DNA of 64,000 nucleotides, from the NCBI GenBank assembly GCA_025455015.1, contig JALONI010000003.1, positions 8,195 to 72,194 of the forward strand, written 5' to 3'. Shown in pieces: positions 28,791 through 38,644 of this stretch. A program made the position numbers and the translations under genes. The DNA is from Cyclobacteriaceae bacterium. Its GTDB lineage: Bacteria; Bacteroidota; Bacteroidia; Cytophagales; Cyclobacteriaceae. Numbering within the stretch: position 1 is the stretch's first letter; every line of letters starts with the position of its first letter. The notes beneath the pieces were generated by a model. That model saw nothing but the letters and a program-made list of their open reading frames with translations, was not told where the DNA came from and made no database searches.

Positions 28791-29294
28791 TTGAGATTTG
28801 CGAGCTACTTATTGTTTGGACTCACAGTAAATGTTGTCTGTGCGCAAACTCCAAATTGGAAAATTGAAAATGGAGAGCCGATTCTGGAGCTAATTGCAAA
28901 CGATAAAACAAAAAGTTATTTCATCACAGTTCTGAAATCCAAGAGCTATGTTGATAGGATAGATACATCAGGTCATTTACTTGCAACGTTGAAGCGAGTT
29001 TATATTGATTCTTACAAGTATGGAGGCAATCTTGGAACGAATGGCTTCCTCACGACCGGCAAGTGGGATGGAGTCATAAAAATTGATTTTAAAGACAATA
29101 GGTACAGATTTCAGTTATTCGATTTGGTTAGTCATATTGATGACTTAACGGGTACTCCAGTTTCCGCTACCTTACGCGAAATGGTTATTAAAAAGTCAGG
29201 GGAGTTCAAACCAGCTCAAAAACAGACACTTGAGATAATTAGACATTGGGCTCGCGATGAATTCCTCTTGGTAGATATCGATGGAGATTGGTGA
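28791..29294 (+). CDS. AT-rich exported hypothetical protein, DUF4468-like
   Basis: TTG start, signal peptide ending VVCA-Q, IKIDFKDNRYRFQL motif; markedly lower GC than the flanks. Confidence 0.55.
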   Translation: MRFASYLLFGLTVNVVCAQTPNWKIENGEPILELIANDKTKSYFITVLKSKSYVDRIDTSGHLLATLKRVYIDSYKYGGNLGTNGFLTTGKWDGVIKIDFKDNRYRFQLFDLVSHIDDLTGTPVSATLREMVIKKSGEFKPAQKQTLEIIRHWARDEFLLVDIDGDW

Positions 29295-29325
29295 AAAGCA
29301 CGCGATCAAAACCGCGGGCTTTTTT
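29294..29325. terminator. Probable bidirectional intrinsic terminator
   Basis: AAAAGC-a-CGCG-atcaaaac-CGCG-g-GCTTTTTT between convergent genes. Confidence 0.6.
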
Positions 29326-29348
29326 GTTGGCAACTATGCTCTTGCCGG

Positions 29349-30695
29349 CTACAGTAGCTCATTGGCCAAGTTGGCCAACTCCGAGCGTTCGCCCTTTTCA
29401 AGCGTCACATGAGCATACAGCTCGTGGTCTTTCAACCGGTCGATCAGATAGGAAAGGCCATTGCTTTGCGAGTCGAGGTAGGGGGTGTCGATCTGGTGGA
29501 TGTCGCCCGTGAAAATGATCTTGGTGTTTTCGCCCGCCCGCGTGATGATCGTTTTTACCTCATGGGGCGTCAGGTTCTGTGCCTCGTCCACGATAAAGCA
29601 GATGTTGGAAAGGCTCCGCCCGCGGATGTAAGCCAGCGGGGTGATCACCAACTTTTCGTTTTGTACCATCTCGGTGATTTTGGAGTACTCTTTGTCCGAT
29701 TCGCTGTATTGGTTTTGGATAAATTTCAGGTTGTCCCACAGCGGCTCCATGTACGGATTCAGTTTGGACTTGATGTCGCCCGGCAGGTAGCCGATGTCTT
29801 TGTTGCTAAGGGGCACAATGGGGCGCGCGAGGTAGATCTGTTTGTATTCGCGTTTTTGCTCGAGCGCAGCCGCCAGTGCGATCAATGTTTTGCCAGTACC
29901 CGCCACGCCCTGCATGGATACGAGCTTGATCTCGGGCTTCAACACGGCATGGATGGCGAAGGCCTGTTCGGCATTGCGCGGTTTGATGCCGTAGGCCAAT
30001 CGTTTTTCTACCTGTTCGATCATGCCATTGGCCGAGTTGTAAAATGCCAATACCGACTTTTTGCCGCTGCGCAAGATGTAGTAGTGATTTTTCAATGGCT
30101 TCTCTTTTCCCAGCACCTCCTCGGGCGGGCAGTAGCCTTTTTCATAGATGAGGTTGATCATATCGGGGGCCACCTCGTCAATGACCGTGCGGCCCGTGTG
30201 CAGCGAGCTGATGTTTTGGACTTTGCCGGTGGTGTAGTCTTCGGCCTGCAAGCCGAGGGCTTTGGCCTTTAGCCGCAGGTTGATGTCCTTGGATACGAGA
30301 ATCACCTTACGGCCCTTTTCCTCTTTTTGCAGCAGTAGCGCGGCATTCAAAATGCGGTGGTCGGCCTTGTCTTCGTTAAACACTTTGTTGGCATCCATGC
30401 GGTCCGTGCCGCCTGTGTCCATCACCACCTTGAAGTTACCTTTTCCCTTTCCGTTGATGGGGTTCCACTGGTGCAGCATCTGGTCTTTGGCCAGTTTATC
30501 GATGAGGCGGATAAACTCGCGGGCCTCAAAGTTTTTGGTGTCGTTTCCCTTTTTGAAGTTGTCCAGTTCTTCGAGCACGGTGATGGGGATGCCGATGTCG
30601 TGCTCGTCAAAATTCAAGATGCTGTTGTGTTCATAAATGATGACGGAGGTGTCAAGTACAAAAATCTTTTTTTCTTTTTTGGCGGATTTGGACAT
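29349..30695 (-). CDS. PIN-PhoH fusion protein (PhoH2-like)
   Basis: FVLDTSV PIN start, LVSKDINLRLKA, GVAGTGKT, YIRGRSL, DEAQN, TGDIHQID. Confidence 0.93.
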   Translation of the reverse strand: MSKSAKKEKKIFVLDTSVIIYEHNSILNFDEHDIGIPITVLEELDNFKKGNDTKNFEAREFIRLIDKLAKDQMLHQWNPINGKGKGNFKVVMDTGGTDRMDANKVFNEDKADHRILNAALLLQKEEKGRKVILVSKDINLRLKAKALGLQAEDYTTGKVQNISSLHTGRTVIDEVAPDMINLIYEKGYCPPEEVLGKEKPLKNHYYILRSGKKSVLAFYNSANGMIEQVEKRLAYGIKPRNAEQAFAIHAVLKPEIKLVSMQGVAGTGKTLIALAAALEQKREYKQIYLARPIVPLSNKDIGYLPGDIKSKLNPYMEPLWDNLKFIQNQYSESDKEYSKITEMVQNEKLVITPLAYIRGRSLSNICFIVDEAQNLTPHEVKTIITRAGENTKIIFTGDIHQIDTPYLDSQSNGLSYLIDRLKDHELYAHVTLEKGERSELANLANELL

Positions 30696-30885
30696 AGGCA
30701 GGGGGTTAAATGAAAAATCGCGAAGACACGGCTCTCACAATGGTGTAAAAAAACCTTGCAAGTATGAACCGTAGCTTCGCGACATTCGTAACGTATCGGA
30801 AACTTACGAAGGGAAAACGGGAAAAAGCAAATCTGGGCCGTAATCTTTTCGTGGTGAAATCGTGTAGTGCTTGAAGCCGCGCGGG

Positions 30886-31530
30886 CTAACGCCTTGAATA
30901 CAAATCGCCTTTTTCGGTGGGCGTGATTTTCAAGACATCGCCCAACACCAGCAGAACCAGTTTGCGGGCGGCTTGAAACCGGCTCAGCCCTGCCAGTTGC
31001 CGAAAGCCCGCCAGCGTGATGGTGTCATGTGTTTCCAGGTACTGCATCAGTGCTTTTTCATGCTCGCCAAAGGCGAACCGGATGTCTTTGCCTTGGCGTG
31101 TCCTGCGGATGATCTCACACATTTCAGCACTGGCTTGCACACTCATGTCTTTGTGGCGCACGTAGCTCTCGGGCGGTCCCTCGCGGGGCTTGAAGTAATG
31201 CGGGCGCTTGGGGCTGATGGGCACATCCAGCCTGACCACAAACCGATCGGCAGCCACGGCCACGGTGGTCTCGGTGAAGTGAAAGAGCGGGCGCGCATAC
31301 TGCTTCACGGCTTCCGCGATGACGTGCAACTCTTCGCGGGGGTATTTGACACCCGGCAGCGAGCCCTTGTCATCCACGCCTACCAGCAGCGAGCCCCCCT
31401 CGGTATTGGCAAAGGCGATCATCTCGCGCACGATCTTATCTGGATGGGAAGCCTTCCGTTTGAACTCCAGGTGCAGGCCTTCACCCTGGGCTACCAATTG
31501 GCTGAGCGAAACAAGGGCCTCTGAACGCAT
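30886..31530 (-). CDS. Schlafen/AlbA_2 domain protein with C-terminal HTH
   Basis: GEGLHLEFKRK, IAFANTEGGSLLVGVDD; C-terminal winged-helix-like segment. Confidence 0.85.
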   Translation of the reverse strand: MRSEALVSLSQLVAQGEGLHLEFKRKASHPDKIVREMIAFANTEGGSLLVGVDDKGSLPGVKYPREELHVIAEAVKQYARPLFHFTETTVAVAADRFVVRLDVPISPKRPHYFKPREGPPESYVRHKDMSVQASAEMCEIIRRTRQGKDIRFAFGEHEKALMQYLETHDTITLAGFRQLAGLSRFQAARKLVLLVLGDVLKITPTEKGDLYSRR

Positions 31531-31617
31531 GGCTCAAGCTACAAATTTGGGGTTGGAAAAACCTACCGGCACCGGTCAAACAAAACGCGCGATGACGCGC
31601 GCGGGCCCCAGGGCCGA

Positions 31618-32730
31618 CTAGTGGAAGTATTCCTTCATGCGCTCGAAAAAGCCTTTTTCGTTTTCGTCCGGGTTTGGCTGAAAGTTGGGGCTATTGCGCA
31701 GCGACTCCAGTTTGGCTTTCTCGTCTGCGCTGAGTTTTCGGGGCGTCCACACGTTTACGTAAATCAATTGATCGCCCGTGCCGTAGCCGTTCACATCGCG
31801 CACGCCTTTTCCGCGCAAGCGCAGGATTTTTCCGCTTTGCGTGCCGGGGTCAATCTTCACGCGCACTTTGCCGCCTATCGAGGGGACTTCTACCTGCGTA
31901 CCCATGGCCGCATCAATGAAGCTGATGTGAAGGTCATAGATGAGGTTGTTGCCATCGCGCTTCAGGTGTTTGTCTTCCTGCTCTTCGATGAGGATCAGCA
32001 AGTCGCCCGGTACGCCACCGCCAGGGGCATCGTTGCCTTTGCCCGACATGGCCAGTTGCATGCCATCGCTAACCCCGGCCGGTATTTTTACGGTGATCAT
32101 GTCTTCTTTGCTCACCAATCCGGAGCTGTCCACTCCGGGCGGGCGTTTGTCCAGGATTTGACCGGAGCCGCCACACGTGGGGCATGTGGTGGTGCTAACC
32201 ATCTGCCCCAGCATGGTATTCACCACTTTGCGCACCTGCCCCTGGCCCCCGCATGTTTGGCACGTTTTGTAGCTGACGCCCTCGGCCTGCACCAACCGGT
32301 TTACTTTGATTTTTTTCTCTACGCCATTGGCGATTTCGTCCAGCGTGAGTTTGAGTTTGATGCGCAGGTTGGAACCCTTGCGCTGCCGCGAACGGCCCCC
32401 GCTTCCGCCAAAAAAACTATCAAACGGGCTGCCGCCCCCGAAGATATCCCCAAACTGGCTGAAGATATCGTCCATGTTCATGCTGCCGCCCCCAAAGCCC
32501 CCCTGGCCGGGGCGGGCATGGCCGAAGCGGTCATACTGTGCTTTTTTCTCGGGGTTGCTCAGCACTTCATAGGCTTCGGCCGCTTCTTTGAATTTGTCCT
32601 CGGCTTCTTTGTTGCCGGGGTTTTTGTCCGGGTGATATTGAATGGCCACCTTCCGATAGGCCTTTTTTATCTCCTCAGCGGAAGCGTTTTTGCCAACGCC
32701 CAGTACTTCGTAGTAATCTCTCTTTGCCAT
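31618..32730 (-). CDS. dnaJ: Chaperone DnaJ
   Basis: J-domain HPD, G/F-rich region, CxxCxGxG repeats (only two intact). Confidence 0.97.
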   Translation of the reverse strand: MAKRDYYEVLGVGKNASAEEIKKAYRKVAIQYHPDKNPGNKEAEDKFKEAAEAYEVLSNPEKKAQYDRFGHARPGQGGFGGGSMNMDDIFSQFGDIFGGGSPFDSFFGGSGGRSRQRKGSNLRIKLKLTLDEIANGVEKKIKVNRLVQAEGVSYKTCQTCGGQGQVRKVVNTMLGQMVSTTTCPTCGGSGQILDKRPPGVDSSGLVSKEDMITVKIPAGVSDGMQLAMSGKGNDAPGGGVPGDLLILIEEQEDKHLKRDGNNLIYDLHISFIDAAMGTQVEVPSIGGKVRVKIDPGTQSGKILRLRGKGVRDVNGYGTGDQLIYVNVWTPRKLSADEKAKLESLRNSPNFQPNPDENEKGFFERMKEYFH

Positions 32731-32764
32731 GTGCGCATCAAATGAAAAAAAATGAAAATGAGGG

Positions 32765-33325
32765 CTATGCGCCCACCACTACTTTGGCGAAGCGGATCAC
32801 CTTGTCGTGGAGAAAGTACCCCGGCTCTACCACGTCTACAATTTTGCCTTTGAGTGACTCTTCGGGTGCCGGCAGTTGGGTGATGGCCTCGTGCAAGTCG
32901 GGGTTGAACTCCGAAGCGCGCGTATCGCCCATGGGTTTCACCCCGTTTTGTTCCAGCACCTTCTTGAATTTATTCTGGATGAGGAAGAAGCCCTCCAAGT
33001 CTTTGTCGCTTTTTTCGCGGAATGCTTTCTCGGCCCGGTCCATGTCGTCCGCTACGGTCAAAAAATCGCGCAGTAACTTTTCATTGGCCGTTTGAATGAG
33101 TTCCAATCGTTCTTTGGCCGAGCGCCTGCGGAAGTTGTCAAACTCGGCATACAGCCTCACGTACTTGTCTTTTGCTTCTGCCAATTCGTCCTGAAGCTTT
33201 TTGAGGGCTTCGGCCGGTCCTTTTCCGGCTTCGGGGGCCTGCGCTTTTTCTGTGGCTGTTTGATTGATTTCCGGGTTTTCTGCCTTGTTTTCAACGGTTT
33301 GCTCCGTAGGTACCTGGTTTTCCAT
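32765..33325 (-). CDS. grpE: Nucleotide exchange factor GrpE
   Basis: [36 protein letters not shown]. Confidence 0.96.
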   Translation of the reverse strand: MENQVPTEQTVENKAENPEINQTATEKAQAPEAGKGPAEALKKLQDELAEAKDKYVRLYAEFDNFRRRSAKERLELIQTANEKLLRDFLTVADDMDRAEKAFREKSDKDLEGFFLIQNKFKKVLEQNGVKPMGDTRASEFNPDLHEAITQLPAPEESLKGKIVDVVEPGYFLHDKVIRFAKVVVGA

Positions 33326-33347
33326 GCCTTCGCTTATTTGTGCGCTG

Positions 33348-33386
33348 CAAAGACACAACAATTTTGCCAAACACGGAAAAGTGTCA
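33348..33386 (-). promoter_or_regulatory. Possible sigma54-like promoter for grpE-dnaJ
   Basis: Minus strand: TGACA (33386-33382), TGGCA-N6-TTGT (33369-33355), then TGTCTTTG (33355-33348). Confidence 0.4.
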
Positions 33387-33403
33387 GATTGACAACGAAG
33401 AGG

Positions 33404-34570
33404 CTAAAAGCGGCTTTTGCGCCACAAGTCAATGGTGGAATACCAGTCTTCGGCAAAGCGGTTGTCGCGCAGCAGTACAAAGTTGTTGGCATCGTACACG
33501 CTGCCCACTTTTACAAACGTATAGCGCGCGCTGCTGGCGCGGTAGTACCACACTTCGTTGCCTCCGTTGCGGCTCACTTCATCGGGCGGCCCAAAAATCA
33601 AATAGACCATACCGCGATCTGTTTTCCAGCCTTCTTTGTACGAGGTGAAATAGAGGTTGGCCAATTCCACCCTGCGGAAGTAATTGCGCATAAAGATCTT
33701 CGCCCGCTCCTTGTCGCGCGTAAAGTCCAACACCACCTTGTCAAACTTGGCTTTTTCTTCCCCGGCTGCCTCAATCTGGCTGTACTCCTCGCTGGTGGTC
33801 ACAAAGATCATTGGCTCCTTGAGCCCTTGTATAGTGGTGTACTTGGGGTATGATCGGTTTCGCACCAGATAGCTAAACCCGGTAGCCGCGGTGGTGTCCG
33901 TCTGAAACAGGTAGAGTCCTTCCTGAAACGGTTTGAATAAATCGCCCGGTTGCAAAAAGAAAAGGGAATCGTAAAACAGAAATTGATCCGACTTGCCCTG
34001 CTCGGCAAAGGGCGGGTACGCAGGCTTGAAGGGGGCCTGGTAATACGACACGGCCACCGGCTTGTTCAGGTCGTTTTTGAGCGTGTATGTTTTTCCCACC
34101 GTCAGGAACCGATCGCTCACCCACGCACCTTTCTCGTCTTCGAGCCAGCCATCCACCGGATAGCTGGCCTCGATGGGGTAAAAGAACGTCCAGCTCTTTT
34201 GCGTGCCTTTGTTTTTGAAGCGCATCACCAACAGCCACGGTTTTTCGGGTTTGTCAAAAACGAGCGAGGCGTAGCGCGTTTCGCCCTGGGTTATCCATTG
34301 GGTAGAATCGAACGGCACGGGCACGCCTTGGCGCTGGGTGTAGGAGTCCCTGCGCTCGGCCGCCACCTCATATTGCTGGATGGTGAAAGCGCCCCCCGTA
34401 TTTGTCCACTTGAGCCACACGCGCACTTGGGCCTCGCTGCGCACCACGCGGCCATGGGCTTGCAGGGTGCTCTGCGGGTCGTACCAGTCGTTGAAGTTGA
34501 GGCCCGTGAGCGGCTGTGCCCACCCTGCGGTGCCCGTGGCCACGGCCAACAAAAAAACAATTACTCGCAT
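33404..34570 (-). CDS. GWxTD domain-containing exported protein
   Basis: Signal peptide ending AGWA-Q; EGWKTDRGMVYLIFGPPDEV. Confidence 0.9.
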   Translation of the reverse strand: MRVIVFLLAVATGTAGWAQPLTGLNFNDWYDPQSTLQAHGRVVRSEAQVRVWLKWTNTGGAFTIQQYEVAAERRDSYTQRQGVPVPFDSTQWITQGETRYASLVFDKPEKPWLLVMRFKNKGTQKSWTFFYPIEASYPVDGWLEDEKGAWVSDRFLTVGKTYTLKNDLNKPVAVSYYQAPFKPAYPPFAEQGKSDQFLFYDSLFFLQPGDLFKPFQEGLYLFQTDTTAATGFSYLVRNRSYPKYTTIQGLKEPMIFVTTSEEYSQIEAAGEEKAKFDKVVLDFTRDKERAKIFMRNYFRRVELANLYFTSYKEGWKTDRGMVYLIFGPPDEVSRNGGNEVWYYRASSARYTFVKVGSVYDANNFVLLRDNRFAEDWYSTIDLWRKSRF

Positions 34571-34716
34571 ACGATCACAATCTTACGATACAAACGCAGA
34601 ACCAGGGCATTTTGATACGGAAAAAACAGGCGGAAAGCACCCTCAGCGGCCGTTCTGCGCACGGGCGCGCCTGAGCGGCATAACTACCACAGAAACCGTT
34701 ATTTTTGCTGCCCGTT

Positions 34717-35499
34717 ATGGCCAGCGTTTACACCACCGAGATCACCTCTGACCAGCTTGCGTCCGACAACCCCATACACCAGCGGCTGCTGATGCCCTAT
34801 GTTTGGGTGGCCGATGTGGTGGCGGGGCACCTATTGGAAGTGGGCTGTGGCGAAGGCCGCGGCATTGGCTGGCTGATGCCGCGCGTAACCCGTTACAGTG
34901 CCATCGACAAAATCGAAGGTGCCATCCAACGGCTTCGAACCAACCATCCGCAAGGCCAATTCATCAGTGGCAACATCCCTCCGCTGATGGCCTATGCCGA
35001 TCAGTCGTTTGATTGCGTGGTAAGTTTTCAGGTAATTGAGCACATCGAAGACGATGGGCTTTTTTTGAAAGAGATATACCGTGTATTGAAACCGGGCGGC
35101 ACGGCCTACCTCACCACACCCAACCGGCCGCTATCGCTGTCGCGGAATCCGTGGCACATACGCGAGTACACCGCGTTGGAGCTGACCAAGCTGGCACAAC
35201 GATACTTTGATCAGGTGGAAATGAAAGGCATTACGGGCAATGAAAAAGTGATGCAGTACCACGAGCGCAACCGGCAGTCGGTGGCGCGGCTGATGCGCTG
35301 GGACGTACTTAACCTTCAGTATCGCCTGCCGGCCTGGATGCTGCGCCTGCCGTATGAGTTTATGAACCGGCTTAACCGCAACCGCCTGAAGAACCACGCA
35401 GACGAGCTGGTGATGAGTATCTCACACCGCGACTACTACGTAACCGACCAATCGGAACGCGCGCTGGATCTTTTTTTGATTGCCAAACGGGCAGGCTGA
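34717..35499 (+). CDS. Class I SAM-dependent methyltransferase
   Basis: LLEVGCGEG, SFQVIEH, TTPN, NPWHIREY; -7 box TATTTTTG at 34700-34707. Confidence 0.9.
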   Translation: MASVYTTEITSDQLASDNPIHQRLLMPYVWVADVVAGHLLEVGCGEGRGIGWLMPRVTRYSAIDKIEGAIQRLRTNHPQGQFISGNIPPLMAYADQSFDCVVSFQVIEHIEDDGLFLKEIYRVLKPGGTAYLTTPNRPLSLSRNPWHIREYTALELTKLAQRYFDQVEMKGITGNEKVMQYHERNRQSVARLMRWDVLNLQYRLPAWMLRLPYEFMNRLNRNRLKNHADELVMSISHRDYYVTDQSERALDLFLIAKRAG

Positions 35500-35528
35500 T
35501 GTCAACCTCAACAGCCCGGTGGGCCGCG

Positions 35529-38489
35529 TCACATATCTCTGCGCGGCACCATGCCGCCTATCTGTAGGCTTTCGATGTGGCGATTGTAGGCTTCTTCCAT
35601 GCGCTGGGCCAGTTCCGTTTCGCCATTTTCGTATAAGATGCTCTGCAACGCATTGAGCACATACATGCCGGAGCGCAGTTCGTTGCTGAAGCCGCCCCCC
35701 TGGGCAATCAGATAGCCCGCCATTTCGTCTGCCCTGCGGCCCACGGTGTTGGCCATTTCAACGGCCTGGTCTTTTTGCCCCAGTTGGAAAAGCAAGTCGA
35801 TGGTGGTAGGTGCGGTTTGGTCGTAGAACACCCCTTTGTCGGGCATTTTGCTCAGTGAAAACTGCATCACCTCGTTGGCTTTTTCCATTTTGTTTTCGTC
35901 AATCAACGCCTGTACTACGGCATTGAAGGAGGCCCGGTGGTTGAGCACAAAACCGCGGTAATCTTCGTTGAAGTAAAGGTTCTCGTTATCCAGCCCGCTG
36001 TAGCGGAATTTGGACGTCATGTTGTTTACCGCCACCTCCGTGTTCACCAGGTATTCGCGGTCTTGCCGGTTGTTGCGCACGGGCAAAATGCGGTAAGCAT
36101 TGCCCTCCTGCACTGCGTAGGGCGCCAGATCAAAATTTACCTGGTCGAGGGAGGTGGGGTTGAAGTACACCGGCCGCTCCCATTTATTGGTGACCAGGAT
36201 GTCCAAGATCGCTAGGTCTTTTTTCTCCAACCCACCTCGTAGCAGGCGCAATTGCATTTGATCCACCAGCAGGCTGTCCATGGCCGGAGGGATGATCCCC
36301 TGCTGCCGGACGGCCTCCGTGTCCACGCGGATCGTCAGTATTTTGCTCGGTACTACGTTGCGGTCGCCATTGCGCAGTTGTTGATAGTCTTTTGACAGCA
36401 ATCCGATGTATTCTTGGGCATCGATGGCTTTCAACTTATAGTCCATAAACGGCAAATAGTCGTTGGGCCCGCCTTGTTGGTAGTTTTTCAGCGACAGCGT
36501 GAACGGAAAAGTATCGGACCCATAGGCTTTGCGAGTCATTTGATCGATGTACCAGTCGGTATTGAAATAGCTGAGCACTACTACGCGCACATCGGTGCGT
36601 ATGCCTTCCACTTCTTGGGCATACCATAGCGGGAAGGTGTCGTTGTCGCCCCCTGTAAACAAGATGGCGTTGGGGGCGCATGATTCGAGGTAATTGCGGG
36701 CGGAGTCCACCGAGAAGAAGCGGTCGGCCCGGTTGTGGTCATCCCATCCTTGCTGCGCCATGATGGCGGGGGCCGTGAGGCCGATCAAGGTGGCCACCAG
36801 GGCTGATGTTTTGGCACTCTTCAAAAAGGAATTAAACAGGTCGGCAAAGCCGATGACCGCCAAGCCTATCCAAAAACAAAAGGCGTAGTAGGAGCCCGCA
36901 TAGATGTAATCGCGCTCGCGCGGCTCGGTGGGTGGCGAGTTGAGGTAAATGACGATGGCCACCCCCAGCATGATAAACAGTAACCCCACGATAGAGAACC
37001 CTTTGGTGTCTTTGACCAACTGAAAAAACATACCGGCCAACCCCAGGAAGAAGGGGATCATGTAGAAGTTGTTTCGGCCTTTGTTCTTGGCCAGCGTTTC
37101 GGGCAGATTTTGGCTGCTGCTGAGCAAGTTTAATTCATAAGCTCCTTGTTCGTCACTCTCGCGGCCCGAGAAGTTGAACATAAAATAGCGCACGTACATG
37201 TGGCCAATCTGATGGCGAAACATAAAACCCAGGTTTTGCCAGAAGGTGGGTATCTGGCCTTCTTCCAGGCCTATAATGCGTTTGTAGGTCTCCTTGTGAT
37301 CGGGGTTCCACGCACGGGGCAGGATCGTTTTGTGCTCGGGCGAGTACACCAACTCATACTTGCGGTCGGTGATCTCGTACGTGTCCTTTCCTTTGGTATA
37401 AACCGGATCGGTCATTTGGATGTCGATGGGTGAACCCGCGGTAAAATAGTGCCCTGACAGCAGTGGCCGGCTTCCGTATTGCTCGCGCTTCAGGTAGCGG
37501 ATGAAGCTCATCACATCTTTGGGCGCGTTTTCATTGATGGGCGGGTCGTAGTTGGAGCGGATGACAATGATGGCATAAGACGCATACCCGATGAGGATAA
37601 AGGCCGTTGAGAGCGCAAACGTATTCCAGATGGGGTGGTTGTTTTTGTGGGTCCAGAAAATGGCAGCCGCCAGGCCGGCTATCAACACCAACATGAACAC
37701 CACTACGCCCGAGCCAAAGCCCATGCCCAACGTGTTCACAAAAAAGATTTCGAAATGCCCCGCCAGCGTGGGCAACCCGGGTATGATGAATTCGCTGATG
37801 AACAGCACCAAGGCCCCGCTGATGCCCAGCGTGATCACGATACCCCAAACGGTGGGTTTGTATTTTTTGAAGTAGAAAACGAGCGCCAGCGCGGGCATGG
37901 CCACCAAGTTGAGCAAGTGCACACCAATGGAAAGGCCCATCATGTAGGCAATCAAAATAATCCATCGGTTGGCCTTGGCTTCGTCCGTCATCAAATCCCA
38001 TTTAAGCATGGCCCACACCACAAACGCGGTAAAAAACGAGGACATAGCGTACACTTCCGCCTCCACGGCCGAGAACCAAAAAGAATCGGAAAAGGTGTAA
38101 GCCAAGGCCCCCACGGCACCCGCGCCCATCAATACCCAGGTATTCTTCTCCAGGTCTTCGTCATTTTTGATCACCATCATTTTGCGCCCCACCAGCGTGA
38201 TGGACCAAAACAAAAACAAGATGGTAAACGCGCTGGCCAGCACGCTCATGAAGTTAATCCAGTAGGCCACCTGGGTCACATCGCCCAGGGCCAAAAACGA
38301 AAACATACGGCCCATCAGCATGAACAGGGGCGCACCCGGGGGGTGTGATACTTCCAGTTTGTAGGATACAGCAATGAACTCACCGCAATCCCAGTAGCTC
38401 GCGGTTTCCTCCATCGTAAGCCAATAAGTGACAAGCGAAATGGCAAACACCACCCATCCGGAAAGGGTGTTGATTCTCTGATAGTTCAT
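35529..38489 (-). CDS. DUF2723 family GT-C membrane protein (putative protein O-mannosyltransferase)
   Basis: ASYWDCGEFI, HPPGAPLF, WFSAVEAEVYA, PRERDY, GDNDTFPLWY; many TMs plus a periplasmic TPR-like tail. Confidence 0.85.
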   Translation of the reverse strand: MNYQRINTLSGWVVFAISLVTYWLTMEETASYWDCGEFIAVSYKLEVSHPPGAPLFMLMGRMFSFLALGDVTQVAYWINFMSVLASAFTILFLFWSITLVGRKMMVIKNDEDLEKNTWVLMGAGAVGALAYTFSDSFWFSAVEAEVYAMSSFFTAFVVWAMLKWDLMTDEAKANRWIILIAYMMGLSIGVHLLNLVAMPALALVFYFKKYKPTVWGIVITLGISGALVLFISEFIIPGLPTLAGHFEIFFVNTLGMGFGSGVVVFMLVLIAGLAAAIFWTHKNNHPIWNTFALSTAFILIGYASYAIIVIRSNYDPPINENAPKDVMSFIRYLKREQYGSRPLLSGHYFTAGSPIDIQMTDPVYTKGKDTYEITDRKYELVYSPEHKTILPRAWNPDHKETYKRIIGLEEGQIPTFWQNLGFMFRHQIGHMYVRYFMFNFSGRESDEQGAYELNLLSSSQNLPETLAKNKGRNNFYMIPFFLGLAGMFFQLVKDTKGFSIVGLLFIMLGVAIVIYLNSPPTEPRERDYIYAGSYYAFCFWIGLAVIGFADLFNSFLKSAKTSALVATLIGLTAPAIMAQQGWDDHNRADRFFSVDSARNYLESCAPNAILFTGGDNDTFPLWYAQEVEGIRTDVRVVVLSYFNTDWYIDQMTRKAYGSDTFPFTLSLKNYQQGGPNDYLPFMDYKLKAIDAQEYIGLLSKDYQQLRNGDRNVVPSKILTIRVDTEAVRQQGIIPPAMDSLLVDQMQLRLLRGGLEKKDLAILDILVTNKWERPVYFNPTSLDQVNFDLAPYAVQEGNAYRILPVRNNRQDREYLVNTEVAVNNMTSKFRYSGLDNENLYFNEDYRGFVLNHRASFNAVVQALIDENKMEKANEVMQFSLSKMPDKGVFYDQTAPTTIDLLFQLGQKDQAVEMANTVGRRADEMAGYLIAQGGGFSNELRSGMYVLNALQSILYENGETELAQRMEEAYNRHIESLQIGGMVPRRDM

Positions 38490-38644
38490 GCGCACGGTCG
38501 TAATAAAATAGAAGTGCGAAAATAGCGAAATAAACACCAACTGCCGCCCTCTTTTGGAGGGATGGCCGCGAGCCGTTAAACCGCTATGCGCCAAGGCAGC
38601 AACGCCCCGCTGGCAGCCAAATTGTATCTTTCGCCCGCAATCCA

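Noticed and set aside
30886-31530. Schlafen/AlbA_2 gene as an anti-phage defence system
   Set aside because: Stand-alone, normal GC content, directly downstream of dnaJ in the backbone, with no neighbouring defence genes.
31621-32745. 374-aa ORF antisense to dnaJ over its whole length
   Set aside because: No recognisable motifs. Long antisense shadow ORFs are expected opposite conserved genes in GC-rich DNA.
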